From: Bacilli bacterium
GTDB lineage: Bacteria > Bacillota_I > Bacilli_A > RFN20 > CAG-826
Direction: 5' to 3'
Length of the DNA: 64,000 nt
Assembly (NCBI GenBank): GCA_024408295.1
Contig: JAKSVE010000001.1
Location: 21,657 to 85,656, forward strand
Both the position numbers and the translations under genes were made by a program. Position 1 is the stretch's first letter. Each line of letters opens with the position of its first letter. Positions 9,532 to 19,298 of the stretch are shown here, in pieces. Under the pieces are notes generated by a model that was not told the DNA's origin, did not search any database, and saw nothing but the letters and a program-made list of their open reading frames with translations.

Positions 9532-11160
9532 ATGACGAATGAAGAATTATTAAAAAGCGCCATCAAATCCGCGTTGGAGAAATGCGGGATTGAGGCCCTC
9601 GATAATGAAATAGTAATCGAAAGAACTAGAGATGAAGCGCATGGAGACTACGCAACAAACGTTGCTATGCGTCTTTCTAGAAAAGCCGGTAAAAAGCCTA
9701 TCGATTTTGCAAATGACTTAGTTGCAAACATTGCCTCAGATAATATCGATAAGGTTGAAATCGCCGGTCCTGGCTTTATTAACTTCTTCCTCAAGAAGGC
9801 ATCCCTTGGAAGCGTTGTCTCAACCATCATCAACATGGGAAGCGAATGGGGACAAGGTGCTCCAAAAGGCAAGAAGATCAATGTTGAGTTCGTCTCTGCA
9901 AACCCAACCGGTGACTTGCACTTAGGCCACACAAGAGGCGCAGCGTTAGGAGATGCAACAGCAAACCTCTATAGAAAAGCGGGATATGATGTAACAAAAG
10001 AGTATTACGTCAATGACTGCGGAAACCAGGTTGCTCATTTAGGAAACTCAATCAGATGTCGCTATCACGAACTCTTCGGAGAAAAGTGTGAATTAGGACA
10101 GGATGATTACCATGGCGTTTCCTTAATCAAGATTGCTGAGTCAATCAAAGAGCAATATGGTGACAAGTATCTTGTTGATAATGAAGAATCAAAGGCGTTC
10201 TTTATTAGATATGGCATCGACACAAACCTTGCTGGCATCAAGAAAGATATGGCAGACTTCGGAGTCGTCTTCGATAAGTTCTCATATGAATCTGATATTA
10301 GAAAAGGTGGAACAATCGAAAAGACAATCGAGGATTTGAAATCCAAGGGATATATCTACGAACAAGAAGGCGCAACCTTCCTAAGAACAACAGATTTCTT
10401 GGATGACAAGGATAGACCAATCATCAAGGCAGACGGATGCTACACATACTTCATGCCAGATATCTGCTATCACTACAACAAAGTTGAAAGAGGGTACGAC
10501 ACATTAGTCGATATGCTCGGAGCAGATCACCACGGATACATCAACAGAATGAAATCCGCTCTCATGATGAAGGGCTGCTCAAAGGATACTCTTGAAGTTG
10601 AAATCTATCAGATCGTCAAGGTCTTCAAGGATGGAGAAGAAGTCAAGATGTCCAAGAGAACAGGTAAGGCTGTCTCGCATCGTGAGTTGGTCGAAGAAGT
10701 CGGAAGCGACGCAGTCAGATACATCTTCTGTGAAAGAAGTGGAGACGCACACTTAGACTTCGATATGAACTTAGCTCTCTCAAAGAGCAAAGATAACCCT
10801 GTGTATTACGCACAGTACGCTCACGCAAGATGCCATTCTCTCTTGGAGATGGGCAAGGATATCGGCATTGATTCCGCAGGTTCAAAACTATCAGGAAGCA
10901 AAGAAAGTGATATTTTAAAGCAACTTGCAGAATTTCCGAGTATGATATTGAGTGCCGCGGAGATAAGAGCACCTTATAAGGTGGCTAATTACATCCAGAA
11001 GCTAGCATCCATGATTCATGAATACTATGCGGCAACCAAGATCATCGACAGGAACGATATCGATTCCTCAAAGGCGAGATTGGGATTAATCCTGGCTTGC
11101 AAGATCACACTTGAGAATGCATTAGCAATTCTCGGTGTCAGCGCACCAGACAAAATGTAA
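9532..11160 (+). CDS. argS: arginine--tRNA ligase
   Basis: Class I HIGH-type motif (SANPTGDLHLGH) and KMSKR. SD GAGGAG 7 nt before ATG 9532. The ORF track's GTG 9526 overlaps the ispF stop. Confidence 0.92.
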   Translation: MTNEELLKSAIKSALEKCGIEALDNEIVIERTRDEAHGDYATNVAMRLSRKAGKKPIDFANDLVANIASDNIDKVEIAGPGFINFFLKKASLGSVVSTIINMGSEWGQGAPKGKKINVEFVSANPTGDLHLGHTRGAALGDATANLYRKAGYDVTKEYYVNDCGNQVAHLGNSIRCRYHELFGEKCELGQDDYHGVSLIKIAESIKEQYGDKYLVDNEESKAFFIRYGIDTNLAGIKKDMADFGVVFDKFSYESDIRKGGTIEKTIEDLKSKGYIYEQEGATFLRTTDFLDDKDRPIIKADGCYTYFMPDICYHYNKVERGYDTLVDMLGADHHGYINRMKSALMMKGCSKDTLEVEIYQIVKVFKDGEEVKMSKRTGKAVSHRELVEEVGSDAVRYIFCERSGDAHLDFDMNLALSKSKDNPVYYAQYAHARCHSLLEMGKDIGIDSAGSKLSGSKESDILKQLAEFPSMILSAAEIRAPYKVANYIQKLASMIHEYYAATKIIDRNDIDSSKARLGLILACKITLENALAILGVSAPDKM

Positions 11161-11181
11161 AAAATTAAAGGAGAATATAAT

Positions 11182-11595
11182 ATGAACAAGAGCATGTTAG
11201 ACGTGGCCATCGAGGTCATCACAAACGAAGGACATTCAATGTCTTTCATGGATTTATTCAACGCAGTCAAGGCAGAGCTTGGACTCGATGATGAAGCAGC
11301 AAACAAGAGACTTGGTGAATTCTACACAGAATTAACACTCGACAGCCATTTCGTCGCACTTACCGATAACTGGTGGGACCTCCGTGTCAGACACACATAT
11401 GACAAGGTCCATATCGATGTCGCTGATGTCTACACAGATGTCGATGACAACTCAAGCAAGGATGAAGAGGATCTTAAGGAAGAGCAGGAATTCGAGGCTC
11501 AGATTTCAGGTTCATCATCACTTGGCGAAGACGAAATCGAAGACGAAGACGGCGAAGAAAAGTCATCAAAGGACGACAGTTTCGACCTTCTTTAA
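11182..11595 (+). CDS. rpoE: DNA-directed RNA polymerase delta subunit
   Basis: N-terminal globular domain (MLDVAIEVI...FMDLF) followed by a long D/E-rich tail. SD AAAGGAG. Confidence 0.85.
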   Translation: MNKSMLDVAIEVITNEGHSMSFMDLFNAVKAELGLDDEAANKRLGEFYTELTLDSHFVALTDNWWDLRVRHTYDKVHIDVADVYTDVDDNSSKDEEDLKEEQEFEAQISGSSSLGEDEIEDEDGEEKSSKDDSFDLL

Positions 11596-11606
11596 TCAAG
11601 ATAATT

Positions 11607-11631
11607 GCCGTGCATTGCCACGGCTTTTTCT
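11607..11631 (+). terminator. intrinsic terminator of rpoE
   Basis: GCCGTG / CACGGC stem plus TTTTTCTT. Confidence 0.7.
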
Positions 11632-11651
11632 TAAAGAAAGGACGGGACTAT

Positions 11652-12431
11652 ATGTGGGAAAAAGAACTTGAAAAGATGATTGAAGCTGCATATGCGGCTG
11701 AAGTCAAAATCAAAGAGATTTACAACACGAAATTCGATGTTGAAATTAAATCGGATGATTCGCCTGTCACTTTAGCGGATAAGACTGCGGATGCCCTTAT
11801 CAAGTCAATGCTTGAAAAGGAATTCCCTCACTTTGGTTTCTTAACCGAAGAAAGCAAGGACACAGGCGAAAGACTCTCGAAAGAAGACATTATCATCGTT
11901 GATCCTGTTGATGGAACCAAAGAGTTCGTCAATAGGAATGGCGAATTCACGACAAACATCGCATTAGCTCATAACCACGAGGTAGTGGTGGGCGTTATCA
12001 ACGTACCGATGAAAGACGTATTGTATTACGCTATCAAAGGACAAGGCGCTTATCGTTTAGAAAAAGGCAAGGATCCAGTTAGAATCCATGTCTCAAATAA
12101 AAAAGATCATCTTATTGCCGTCAGATCGCGTTCATTCTTCAATGAGAAGGAACAGGCGATGATGGATAAACACAGTGACATGATCGAGAGAATCGATGTC
12201 TATGGCGCAGCGCTAAAATTCTGCAAGATCGCAGAAGGAATGGCCGACATTCAGTACCGCTTTTCAAGCAACACCAAGGAGTGGGATGTCGCTCCTGGGA
12301 ACTTGCTTATCGAAGAAGCGGGCGGAGTCATGGTAAAACCTGACCTAACAAGATACACATACAATCGTGTTGATCCATATAATCGAGAAGGCTATATCCT
12401 CGCAAATTGCATAGAAAATGTGCTTTTATAG
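11652..12431 (+). CDS. inositol monophosphatase / 3'(2'),5'-bisphosphate nucleotidase family protein
   Basis: Motifs DPVDGT and WDVAPG. ATG 11652 lies downstream of the rpoE terminator. Confidence 0.85.
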   Translation: MWEKELEKMIEAAYAAEVKIKEIYNTKFDVEIKSDDSPVTLADKTADALIKSMLEKEFPHFGFLTEESKDTGERLSKEDIIIVDPVDGTKEFVNRNGEFTTNIALAHNHEVVVGVINVPMKDVLYYAIKGQGAYRLEKGKDPVRIHVSNKKDHLIAVRSRSFFNEKEQAMMDKHSDMIERIDVYGAALKFCKIAEGMADIQYRFSSNTKEWDVAPGNLLIEEAGGVMVKPDLTRYTYNRVDPYNREGYILANCIENVLL

Positions 12432-12448
12432 CAATAAAAGTGCGGTAA

Positions 12449-12475
12449 ACCGGCCAAATTAATGGTCGGTTTTTA
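12449..12475 (+). terminator. intrinsic terminator (copy 1 of a duplicated hairpin)
   Basis: ACCGGCCA / TGGTCGGT stem plus TTTTTATT. Confidence 0.75.
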
Positions 12476-12585
12476 TTATCTTTTCCCACCATGAAAAGTT
12501 TGGAAAAAACGCGCTTAGAAATTTACAAATTTTCTTGTTTATTTTTTTCGAATTTTTAATAAAATATACGACGGAGGAAATAATC

Positions 12586-12819
12586 ATGGACGCATACAAC
12601 AAGTGGATGGAAGGAAACCCAAGATGGCTTAAGATCGTTCTTTGCCTTTGGATCCTTGATATCACATGGGCAGTCTGGAGAATCCTTAAGGCAGTTGCAA
12701 AGAAGGACTGGTTACAGCTCGTTCTCGCAATCCTTTGGATCATCGCTGCAGGCACAGTTGGATGGATTCTCGACATCATCTGGATCCTTTTATTCAACTA
12801 CCCATTCTGGTTCAAATAA
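12586..12819 (+). CDS. small two-TM membrane protein
   Basis: 77 aa. SD GGAGG 8 nt before the ATG. Two hydrophobic helices (IVLCLWILDITWAVW; LVLAILWIIAAGTVGWIL). Confidence 0.7.
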   Translation: MDAYNKWMEGNPRWLKIVLCLWILDITWAVWRILKAVAKKDWLQLVLAILWIIAAGTVGWILDIIWILLFNYPFWFK

Positions 12820-12835
12820 TAGAATCAAACAAACT

Positions 12836-12860
12836 ACCGGCCATTCATGGTCGGTTTTTT
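12836..12860 (+). terminator. intrinsic terminator (copy 2 of the duplicated hairpin)
   Basis: Same arms ACCGGCCA / TGGTCGGT as at 12449, followed by TTTTTTG. Confidence 0.75.
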
Positions 12861-12873
12861 GTTTCCCACTTTG

Positions 12874-12900
12874 ATAAAAGAAAATAGGCCGAAGCCTATT
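12874..12900 (-). terminator. intrinsic terminator of the NifU-like gene
   Basis: Minus strand: AATAGGC TTCG GCCTATT then TTCTTTTAT. Overlaps the stop codon. Confidence 0.65.
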
Positions 12901-13189
12901 TAGATTCTTTCTTCTCCTGAAGCCTGTTGTTATACGCTTCAAGAACTTCTTCTGGGTAAGATCCGGTCGCATCGCATCTGATGACTCCAGGGACTTCTTC
13001 CATAAGGATGATTTCAACGCCGTCCTTGATGTCTGCGTCCACATATACGCAACCCTCGCACGCGCCAACCATTCTTAAATATACGATACCGTCCTTGAAT
13101 CCGATGTATTCGATGTCTCCGCCTTCTCTTTGAAGGAATGGGCGAACCTTATCTAATGTTTGTTCAATTTGAATGTCTATTTGTTCCAT
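12896..13189 (-). CDS. NifU C-terminal-type (Nfu) Fe-S cluster scaffold/carrier
   Basis: 97 aa, LDKVRPFLQREGGDIE...GACEGC motif. Confidence 0.85.
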   Translation of the reverse strand: MEQIDIQIEQTLDKVRPFLQREGGDIEYIGFKDGIVYLRMVGACEGCVYVDADIKDGVEIILMEEVPGVIRCDATGSYPEEVLEAYNNRLQEKKESK

Positions 13190-13277
13190 AGCGGCTTAAT
13201 TCTAGTTACTTTATGAGAATATAGCAACAAAAGTGATAATAAAAATCGCTCAAAGACATTATAATGTCCTTGCAATT

Positions 13278-13643
13278 ATGGAAGAGTTAAAGAGACGTTT
13301 AAAACCTAGTGAAAGAAAAATCCTAAGAGGCATCATGCATCTTAAGGATTTGGGCTTAGAACCAACGATGGATGGCTTAGCCAATTACCTATATGGTGAG
13401 CTCAATGAAGGAACATATCCTTTAAAGGATGATGAAGGTTTCTCATCTTTAGCGAAATCCCCTAAGAAGATTAAGAATAAGATCAATCTCTTGGTGAGAT
13501 ATGGCTACATCCGCTTGGTCTATGATGAAGAACTCGACGAGAGATTCCTCTATCTTGGCGAAAAGGGAATTGAAGAAGCTAAGAAAACGACTCTAAAATC
13601 CAATAAGGCAAAAGAAGTTATTCAATTTAGAAAGATTAAATAA
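13278..13643 (+). CDS. hypothetical protein, possible winged-helix
   Basis: ORF with housekeeping-like codon usage. TATAAT at 13260-13265 favours ATG 13278 over GTG 13233. No motif recognised with certainty. Confidence 0.55.
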   Translation: MEELKRRLKPSERKILRGIMHLKDLGLEPTMDGLANYLYGELNEGTYPLKDDEGFSSLAKSPKKIKNKINLLVRYGYIRLVYDEELDERFLYLGEKGIEEAKKTTLKSNKAKEVIQFRKIK

Positions 13644-13654
13644 AGGAGAATCAT

Positions 13655-15367
13655 ATGGCAAAAGAATTAGATTGCTTTGAAAACTGGCCGTTCGTTGTCC
13701 CTGATCTAGACAAGGCTTGCGTGAAAATCGAGAAGCTTGTTGAAGAGATGAACAACGCTAGTGATGGACCAACCGCGCTTGCTGTCTATAAGAAGATGGG
13801 CAAGTTCACAGACAAGATCATGGATGACCTAACCCATATCTCAGTCTTGTACAGCTTAGAGACTACAAACGAAGAATACTCAAAGGCAAATGAGTATGTT
13901 GATAACAATAGCCCTAAGCTCTCTGCATATATGCAGGAGTTCACAAAGGCTATGATCAACTCAAAGTATAGAGACTATCTTGAAGAGAAACTCGGAACAT
14001 TCATCTTCACAATGTTTGACTACTCTCTCAAGTCATTCGACGAGAAAATTATCGAAGAGGCAATCGAAGAGAATAACCTCGTCTCAGAGTACATGAAGGT
14101 TCAGGCTTCTGTAAGAATCAAGTTCAGAGGCGAAGAATACAACATGTCTCAGATGGGCAAATATCTCACAAGCAACGATAGAGAGACAAGAAAAGAAGCA
14201 TCAAACGCGTACTACAAGGCTCTAGAATCATTCAAGGACACATTTGAGGAAATCTACGATAAGCTCGTCAAAGTCAGAACCAGAATGGCAAAGAAGATGG
14301 GCTATGAATCATACACTGATTTAGCCTATATCAGAATGAATCGTTATGACTACACTCCAGAAATGGTCGCATCATATAGAGATCAGATTGCAGAAGTCGT
14401 CACTCCAATCGCAACAAAGCTTGCTAAAGAACAGGCTAAACTCCTTGGATTAAAGTCACTTAAGGTCTATGACCTTGGCTCACACTTCCAGAACGGAAAC
14501 CCAATTCCTAATGGCACAACCGAAGATAAGGTCAATGCAGCAAAGAAGCTCTACAAAGAACTTTCACCAGACACCGATTATTTCTTCAACTTCATGGTTG
14601 ATCACCATCTTATGTTCTTAGACGCTAAGCCAGGCAAGCAGTCAGGCGGATATATGACATACTTCCCTGTCCATCAGTGCCCAATCATCTTCTCTAACTT
14701 CAACGGAACTTCAGGTGACGTCGATGTCTTGACCCATGAATTTGGCCACTCATTCCAGGCCTATGCATCAAGAGGCATCGCAGTCTCTGAATATAGACAA
14801 CCAACAATGGAATCCTGCGAATGCCACTCTATGTCCATGGAATTCTTCGCAGAACCATATATGCAGTACTTCTTTGATAACCCAGACAAGTATCGTTATG
14901 TCCACCTCGCTGATTCAATCTCATTCCTCCCATACGGCGTAACAGTTGATGAATTCCAGCACTGGGTTTACGCAAATCCAGAAGCAACTCCTGCTGAAAG
15001 AGATGCAAAGTGGCATGAGCTCGAACTCAAGTACACACCATACAAGGTCAAGGCATATAAGGGCTGCAAGTATATGGAAGAAGGCCATAGATGGCTCACT
15101 CAGAACCATATCTTCTCAACCCCATTCTATTACATCGACTACACTCTTGCTCAGGTTATCGCATTCGAGTTCTTCAACCTCGACAGAAAGAACCACGAGA
15201 GAGCATGGAAGAAGTACATGAAGCTTTGCAAAACCGGCGGAAAGTATCCATTCGTCACGCTCATCAATAGCGTTGGACTCAAATCACCATTTGAACCTGG
15301 AGTTCTCAAGAAGACCGTTAAGCCTCTTGTCAAAGTCCTTAAGGATTATCATCCAGAAAACTTCTAA
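13655..15367 (+). CDS. pepF: M3B oligoendopeptidase F family
   Basis: Zinc motif HEFGH, ~570 aa. SD AAGGAG. Confidence 0.88.
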   Translation: MAKELDCFENWPFVVPDLDKACVKIEKLVEEMNNASDGPTALAVYKKMGKFTDKIMDDLTHISVLYSLETTNEEYSKANEYVDNNSPKLSAYMQEFTKAMINSKYRDYLEEKLGTFIFTMFDYSLKSFDEKIIEEAIEENNLVSEYMKVQASVRIKFRGEEYNMSQMGKYLTSNDRETRKEASNAYYKALESFKDTFEEIYDKLVKVRTRMAKKMGYESYTDLAYIRMNRYDYTPEMVASYRDQIAEVVTPIATKLAKEQAKLLGLKSLKVYDLGSHFQNGNPIPNGTTEDKVNAAKKLYKELSPDTDYFFNFMVDHHLMFLDAKPGKQSGGYMTYFPVHQCPIIFSNFNGTSGDVDVLTHEFGHSFQAYASRGIAVSEYRQPTMESCECHSMSMEFFAEPYMQYFFDNPDKYRYVHLADSISFLPYGVTVDEFQHWVYANPEATPAERDAKWHELELKYTPYKVKAYKGCKYMEEGHRWLTQNHIFSTPFYYIDYTLAQVIAFEFFNLDRKNHERAWKKYMKLCKTGGKYPFVTLINSVGLKSPFEPGVLKKTVKPLVKVLKDYHPENF

Positions 15368-15376
15368 AACAAACTT

Positions 15377-15398
15377 GGGAGCATCAGCTCCCTTTTTT
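15377..15398 (+). terminator. intrinsic terminator of pepF
   Basis: GGGAGC ATCA GCTCCC then TTTTTTG. Confidence 0.8.
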
Positions 15399-15442
15399 GT
15401 TATAATCTAATTGGATAATTCATAAATACAGGGAGAACTAAC

Positions 15443-16066
15443 ATGAAAGTTATATTGGTCAATGGCTCACCACATCAGCATGGCTGCACATGGAGAGCTT
15501 TAAAAGAAGTTCAGGGCGAACTAATCAAAGAAGGAGTGGAAGCTGAAATCTTCTGGATCGGAAATAAGCCACTCAGCGGATGCATCGGCTGCGGATACTG
15601 CAAAGCAGGACAAGGCTGCGCCTTCAAAAATGATAAGGTCAACGAATTCATCGAGCTTGCAAAAGACGCTGATGGATATGTGTATGGATCGCCTGTTTAT
15701 TACGCTGGAGCAGCAGGAAGCCTTAAGGCTTTCTTAGATAGAGCATATTATTCTGGTGGCAAGTACCTACACGGCAAAGTCGGTGCGGCAGTGGTCTCTT
15801 CAAGACGCGCAGGCTCAACCTCAACATTTGATGAAATCAATAAGTACTTCACCATCTCCCAATCATACGTTGTCTCTTCTTGCTATTGGAACGAAGTCCA
15901 TGGCTCAAATGCAGAAGAAGTAGAGCAAGATAAGGAAGGCCTCTACACAATGAAGGTGTTAGCTAGAAATATGGCCTATATTCTTAAATGTATTGAAGCC
16001 GGAAAGAAAGAAGGCCTCGTCAAGGCTGATGTTGGAAAGCGCGAGATGACCAACTTCATCAGATAA
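15443..16066 (+). CDS. flavodoxin-fold NAD(P)H-dependent FMN reductase / iron-sulfur flavoprotein
   Basis: MKVILVNGSP start and the compact Cys cluster CIGCGYCKAGQGC seen in Isf-type proteins. Confidence 0.8.
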   Translation: MKVILVNGSPHQHGCTWRALKEVQGELIKEGVEAEIFWIGNKPLSGCIGCGYCKAGQGCAFKNDKVNEFIELAKDADGYVYGSPVYYAGAAGSLKAFLDRAYYSGGKYLHGKVGAAVVSSRRAGSTSTFDEINKYFTISQSYVVSSCYWNEVHGSNAEEVEQDKEGLYTMKVLARNMAYILKCIEAGKKEGLVKADVGKREMTNFIR

Positions 16067-16077
16067 GGGAGAACATC

Positions 16078-17016
16078 GTGGAGTGGTATTGGATACTTCT
16101 AATCGTGGTATTGTCTACCATTCTTTTCCTTGCGCTTATCTTATATATTCTCTCAGTCGTTGGCTTTATCACCGTATATTCGAGAACTGAAGTCAAATCG
16201 TTTGATAAAATCGACCTATCTGGAACAAAATACGGTGGATTTGAGGGAGTTTTATACCCTGCCTTCAAGTTTATGCGCGCTCTTCCATATGAAGATCATT
16301 ACATCGAATCCTTCGATGGCTTGAAATTGCACGCCAAATATTACAAAGGCACCAACAACAAGTTGATGCTCCTAGTTCACGGATATCATGCAGACCCGTT
16401 GAACAACTTCGCTATTATAGGAAAGAGATTCTTAGAAGATGGATATAGCCTCTTGATGATTGACCAAAGAGGACATGGTGAAAGTGGTGGCAAATGGACC
16501 ACATTCGGAGATTTAGAAAGCAACGACATCTTAAGATGGATGAATTATATCGATAAGAATCTAAATGAAGACACCATCATCCCTTATGGCGTATCACTTG
16601 GCTGTGCAACCCTTGAAATGGCCTCAAGCAGCCAAATGCCGGAGAAGGTCAAGTGTTTAATCCTCGACTGCGGCTACGCCTCTCCATTGGAACAAATGGC
16701 TAAATCATATAATGATAAGCTAGGACCTATCGGTAAACTCGTTGTCAAAATGTTCTTCAGGATGCACGCAAAAGTAATTGGCAAGTTCTCATTGAATAGA
16801 AAATGCTATTTAGAGCTGGAAAAAGCCACTAAGCCTTGCCTATTCATACACGGCGGAAAAGACTCAACGGTTCCATTTGAAAAAGGCGAGAAGAACTATA
16901 ACCACTGCGGTGCAAGAAAAGAAAAAGCGTTCTTCCCTGACTCAGAACACAACACCTGCTTCATGCAGCATGGCGATGAGATCATTGAGAGGATAAACGC
17001 TTTACTTAGCGAATAG
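16078..17016 (+). CDS. membrane-anchored alpha/beta hydrolase
   Basis: N-terminal TM, HGYHAD, nucleophile elbow GVSLG. GTG start after SD GGGAGAA. Confidence 0.8.
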   Translation: MEWYWILLIVVLSTILFLALILYILSVVGFITVYSRTEVKSFDKIDLSGTKYGGFEGVLYPAFKFMRALPYEDHYIESFDGLKLHAKYYKGTNNKLMLLVHGYHADPLNNFAIIGKRFLEDGYSLLMIDQRGHGESGGKWTTFGDLESNDILRWMNYIDKNLNEDTIIPYGVSLGCATLEMASSSQMPEKVKCLILDCGYASPLEQMAKSYNDKLGPIGKLVVKMFFRMHAKVIGKFSLNRKCYLELEKATKPCLFIHGGKDSTVPFEKGEKNYNHCGARKEKAFFPDSEHNTCFMQHGDEIIERINALLSE

Positions 17017-17018
17017 AA

Positions 17019-18269
17019 TTAAGCGATAGCTAACTCGAGGGAAACCTTCGAGTTTTCTTTATCGATATCGAGTTTCTTGATTTTTGCCAATCCGTTTGTA
17101 AGGCTGTTTGCCTCGACTGTGAAGTGGAATGAGAAGTCATCAAGACCTGAGAATTTCATTTCGCCGACAGATGCGATATTTGCGGTGATGTCGACTGTGA
17201 CGATTTCGGTGTGGGCTTCGTTGTAGATTGGGTTCAAATCAGCATAGAAGCAAGCATCTGACTCAACTCCGTTGAGGATGAATGATGTTTCGACCTCAGC
17301 CTTGTTGATGATGTAGTATGGGTCGCTGATTCCGAAATCGAATTTGTATCCGCTGAATTCGAATTCTGGGTGGAACTGTGCAATGCCTTCCGATAAGTCC
17401 TTTGCCGCAAGTGCATTGAACTGGCTTTCCGTTAATTCAAGGTCGATTGATGTCTTGCCTGCCAAGATTGCCTGCGTTGCAAGTGTTGCGATATCTCCGA
17501 TTCCTTCTGCATTTCCGACTTTTGGTGTTCTGTGGCCTGTGAAGATCTTGTCAGTTGCGATGTTCAAGTAAATATCACCATCGACGATTCCGGCATCGAA
17601 ATCAAGGGCACGGAGCAAGTCTCTGACGAATGGTTCGTTGACGTTGTCCTCAATGATTTTGTTCAAGTCGAGGGTGTATGTCATGGTTTGCAAATCAAGG
17701 CCAGGAAGAACTGATTCTGTTGATGATGGGAGGAATCCGTTGAGCATGCTTGTAACTCTAGCTGGGGAGATACCGAGGTATTTGCCGAGCTTGACCCTAT
17801 CGATTTTGAAGTTGAGTTTGTTTCCTTCAGTGATTGAGAATCCTGCTGAGATTTTTGCGGATGTTTTGATGATGTTTCCGTATCTTACGCAGGCGTAGAT
17901 TGATAAATTCTCACCTTCTCCGACGACATATACGCTATCAAGGACTGCATCTCCAGCCTTAGCCATGTAATTCTGTGTCTCTGGGAATTCAGGGATCTTG
18001 GTCTGAACTGTCTGGATGATGAAGGCATTAAGCTGGTCAGGTGTGATTGTGACGCTGAGCTTATTGTCTTCGTAATTTGATGTCTTGATGTTATCAAGAG
18101 AATCGTAGACAGAACCTGCGAGGTGGTGGGAAATATCGAAACCGCCTTCGATGTTTTTGAATCCTGCTGTCTGGTCATCGTAAATCAAGACATAGAGTGT
18201 TGCGACCGCTGCCGCTGCTAGAACAACTATCACAATAAGTGATATCAATAACTTCTTTAAAAATTTCAT
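17019..18269 (-). CDS. N-terminally anchored extracytoplasmic protein of unknown function
   Basis: 416-aa ORF with a single N-terminal TM (LLISLIVIVVLAAAAVATLYVLI). No catalytic motif recognised. Confidence 0.7.
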   Translation of the reverse strand: MKFLKKLLISLIVIVVLAAAAVATLYVLIYDDQTAGFKNIEGGFDISHHLAGSVYDSLDNIKTSNYEDNKLSVTITPDQLNAFIIQTVQTKIPEFPETQNYMAKAGDAVLDSVYVVGEGENLSIYACVRYGNIIKTSAKISAGFSITEGNKLNFKIDRVKLGKYLGISPARVTSMLNGFLPSSTESVLPGLDLQTMTYTLDLNKIIEDNVNEPFVRDLLRALDFDAGIVDGDIYLNIATDKIFTGHRTPKVGNAEGIGDIATLATQAILAGKTSIDLELTESQFNALAAKDLSEGIAQFHPEFEFSGYKFDFGISDPYYIINKAEVETSFILNGVESDACFYADLNPIYNEAHTEIVTVDITANIASVGEMKFSGLDDFSFHFTVEANSLTNGLAKIKKLDIDKENSKVSLELAIA

Positions 18270-18329
18270 GCGCTAATTGTAGCATTAGAAACTAGTAAAT
18301 GTGCAACATTATTATTCTATTGATAGAAT

Positions 18330-18758
18330 ATGTTCGTGAAAAAAGAGAAGAGAAACAGGGCCAAGGAAGCTCTTGATGCCTATAATGAGGGCAAAGAGAG
18401 AAGGAAAAAAGAGATAAAAGAAGAAACCTCCAGATGGAAAAGGTTTTGGAAGTGGTGCTGGTATTTGACTACCTGGCCTTTTAGATGGGCTTGGATGTCT
18501 ATCCACGATTGGAAGTTCCTCATCATCTTTATCATCGTATTTTTAATTGTGTCGAGTTCCGTATGGGGATTTTATCTAGCGGGATTGATATTATGGGCAA
18601 ATGAATCTGCAAGAAACTGGTGTTTTGGCATCGGATCATTTATGTGGCTTTGGTGGATAGGTCCATTCACGCCTTTTACCCAACTTGTAATCATCATATC
18701 CATAGGTGTTAAAGCGATAGTGGATCGTATTGGAATGAAAATTAAAAAACGCAATTAA
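18330..18758 (+). CDS. small polytopic membrane protein
   Basis: K/E-rich N-terminus followed by Trp-rich hydrophobic helices. Confidence 0.6.
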   Translation: MFVKKEKRNRAKEALDAYNEGKERRKKEIKEETSRWKRFWKWCWYLTTWPFRWAWMSIHDWKFLIIFIIVFLIVSSSVWGFYLAGLILWANESARNWCFGIGSFMWLWWIGPFTPFTQLVIIISIGVKAIVDRIGMKIKKRN

Positions 18759-18781
18759 CGATAATTACCAAAATTCGCATG

Positions 18782-18807
18782 AAAAAAAGGCCTGATTTCT
18801 CAGACCT
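18782..18807 (-). terminator. terminator of the tRNA operon (also usable for the convergent + gene)
   Basis: Minus strand: AGGTCTGA GAAA TCAGGCCT then TTTTTTTC. Confidence 0.7.
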
Positions 18808-18820
18808 ATGATTTTATTGT

Positions 18821-18906
18821 TGGTGCCCGGGACCGGACTCGAACCGGTATGGTATTGCTACCGAGGGATTTTAAGTCCCTTGCGTCTACCATTTCGCCAC
18901 CCGGGC
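18821..18906 (-). tRNA. tRNA-Leu (anticodon TAA), CCA encoded
   Basis: GCCCGGGTGGCGAAATGG...anticodon loop CTTAAAA...long variable arm...GGTTCGAGTCCGGTCCCGGGCACCA. Confidence 0.93.
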
Positions 18907-18915
18907 ATAATTCGA

Positions 18916-18990
18916 TGGTCCCCCGTGACGGGCTCGAACCGTCGACCCCTTGATTAAAAGTCAAGTGCTCTACCACTGAGCTAACGGAGG
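18916..18990 (-). tRNA. tRNA-Lys (anticodon TTT), CCA encoded
   Basis: TAGCTCAGTGGTAGAGC D-arm, CTTGA-CTTTTAA-TCAAG anticodon arm, GGTTCGAGCC T-loop. Confidence 0.92.
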
Positions 18991-18995
18991 ATGCA

Positions 18996-19071
18996 TGGCT
19001 GGGGTAACTGGATTCGAACCAGTGCGTAACAGAGTCAAAGTCTGTTGCCTTAACCACTTGGCGACACCCCA
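18996..19071 (-). tRNA. tRNA-Gln (anticodon TTG), CCA encoded
   Basis: TGGGGTGTCGCCAAGTGGTTAAGGC..., ACAGA-CTTTGAC-TCTGT, GGTTCGAATCC. Confidence 0.92.
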
Positions 19072-19077
19072 AAAGGG

Positions 19078-19161
19078 TGGTGGGCGAAGATGGATTCGAA
19101 CCACCGAACCCGAAGGAACAGATTTACAGTCTGCCGCGTTTGGCCACTTCGCTATTCGCCC
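19078..19161 (-). tRNA. tRNA-Tyr (anticodon GTA), long variable arm, CCA encoded
   Basis: GGGCGAATAGCGAAGTGG..., loop CTGTAAA, GGTTCGAATCC, acceptor TTCGCCCACCA. Confidence 0.92.
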
Positions 19162-19193
19162 ATTTTTTGCCACACGTTTATCCTCCACGAGGC

Positions 19194-19268
19194 TGGTGGA
19201 TGCTATAGGGTTCGAACCTATGACCCCCGCCTTGTAAGGGCGATGCTCTCCCGCTGAGCTAAGCATCC
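19194..19268 (-). tRNA. tRNA-Val (anticodon TAC), CCA encoded
   Basis: GGATGCTTAGCTCAGCGGGAGAGC, loop CTTACAA, GGTTCGAACCC. Confidence 0.92.
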
Positions 19269-19298
19269 GCGGAAACGCCTCCTAAACGTGCGTGAAAT

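Noticed and set aside
12459-12797. 112-aa minus-strand ORF
   Set aside because: It is antisense to the SD-preceded small membrane protein gene, and it spans a terminator and a promoter-like AT-rich region.
18806-19266. Three ORFs of 80-98 aa (18806-19072 minus, 18970-19266 minus, 18995-19237 plus)
   Set aside because: They lie entirely across the five-tRNA cluster. Clean cloverleaf signatures explain the sequence.
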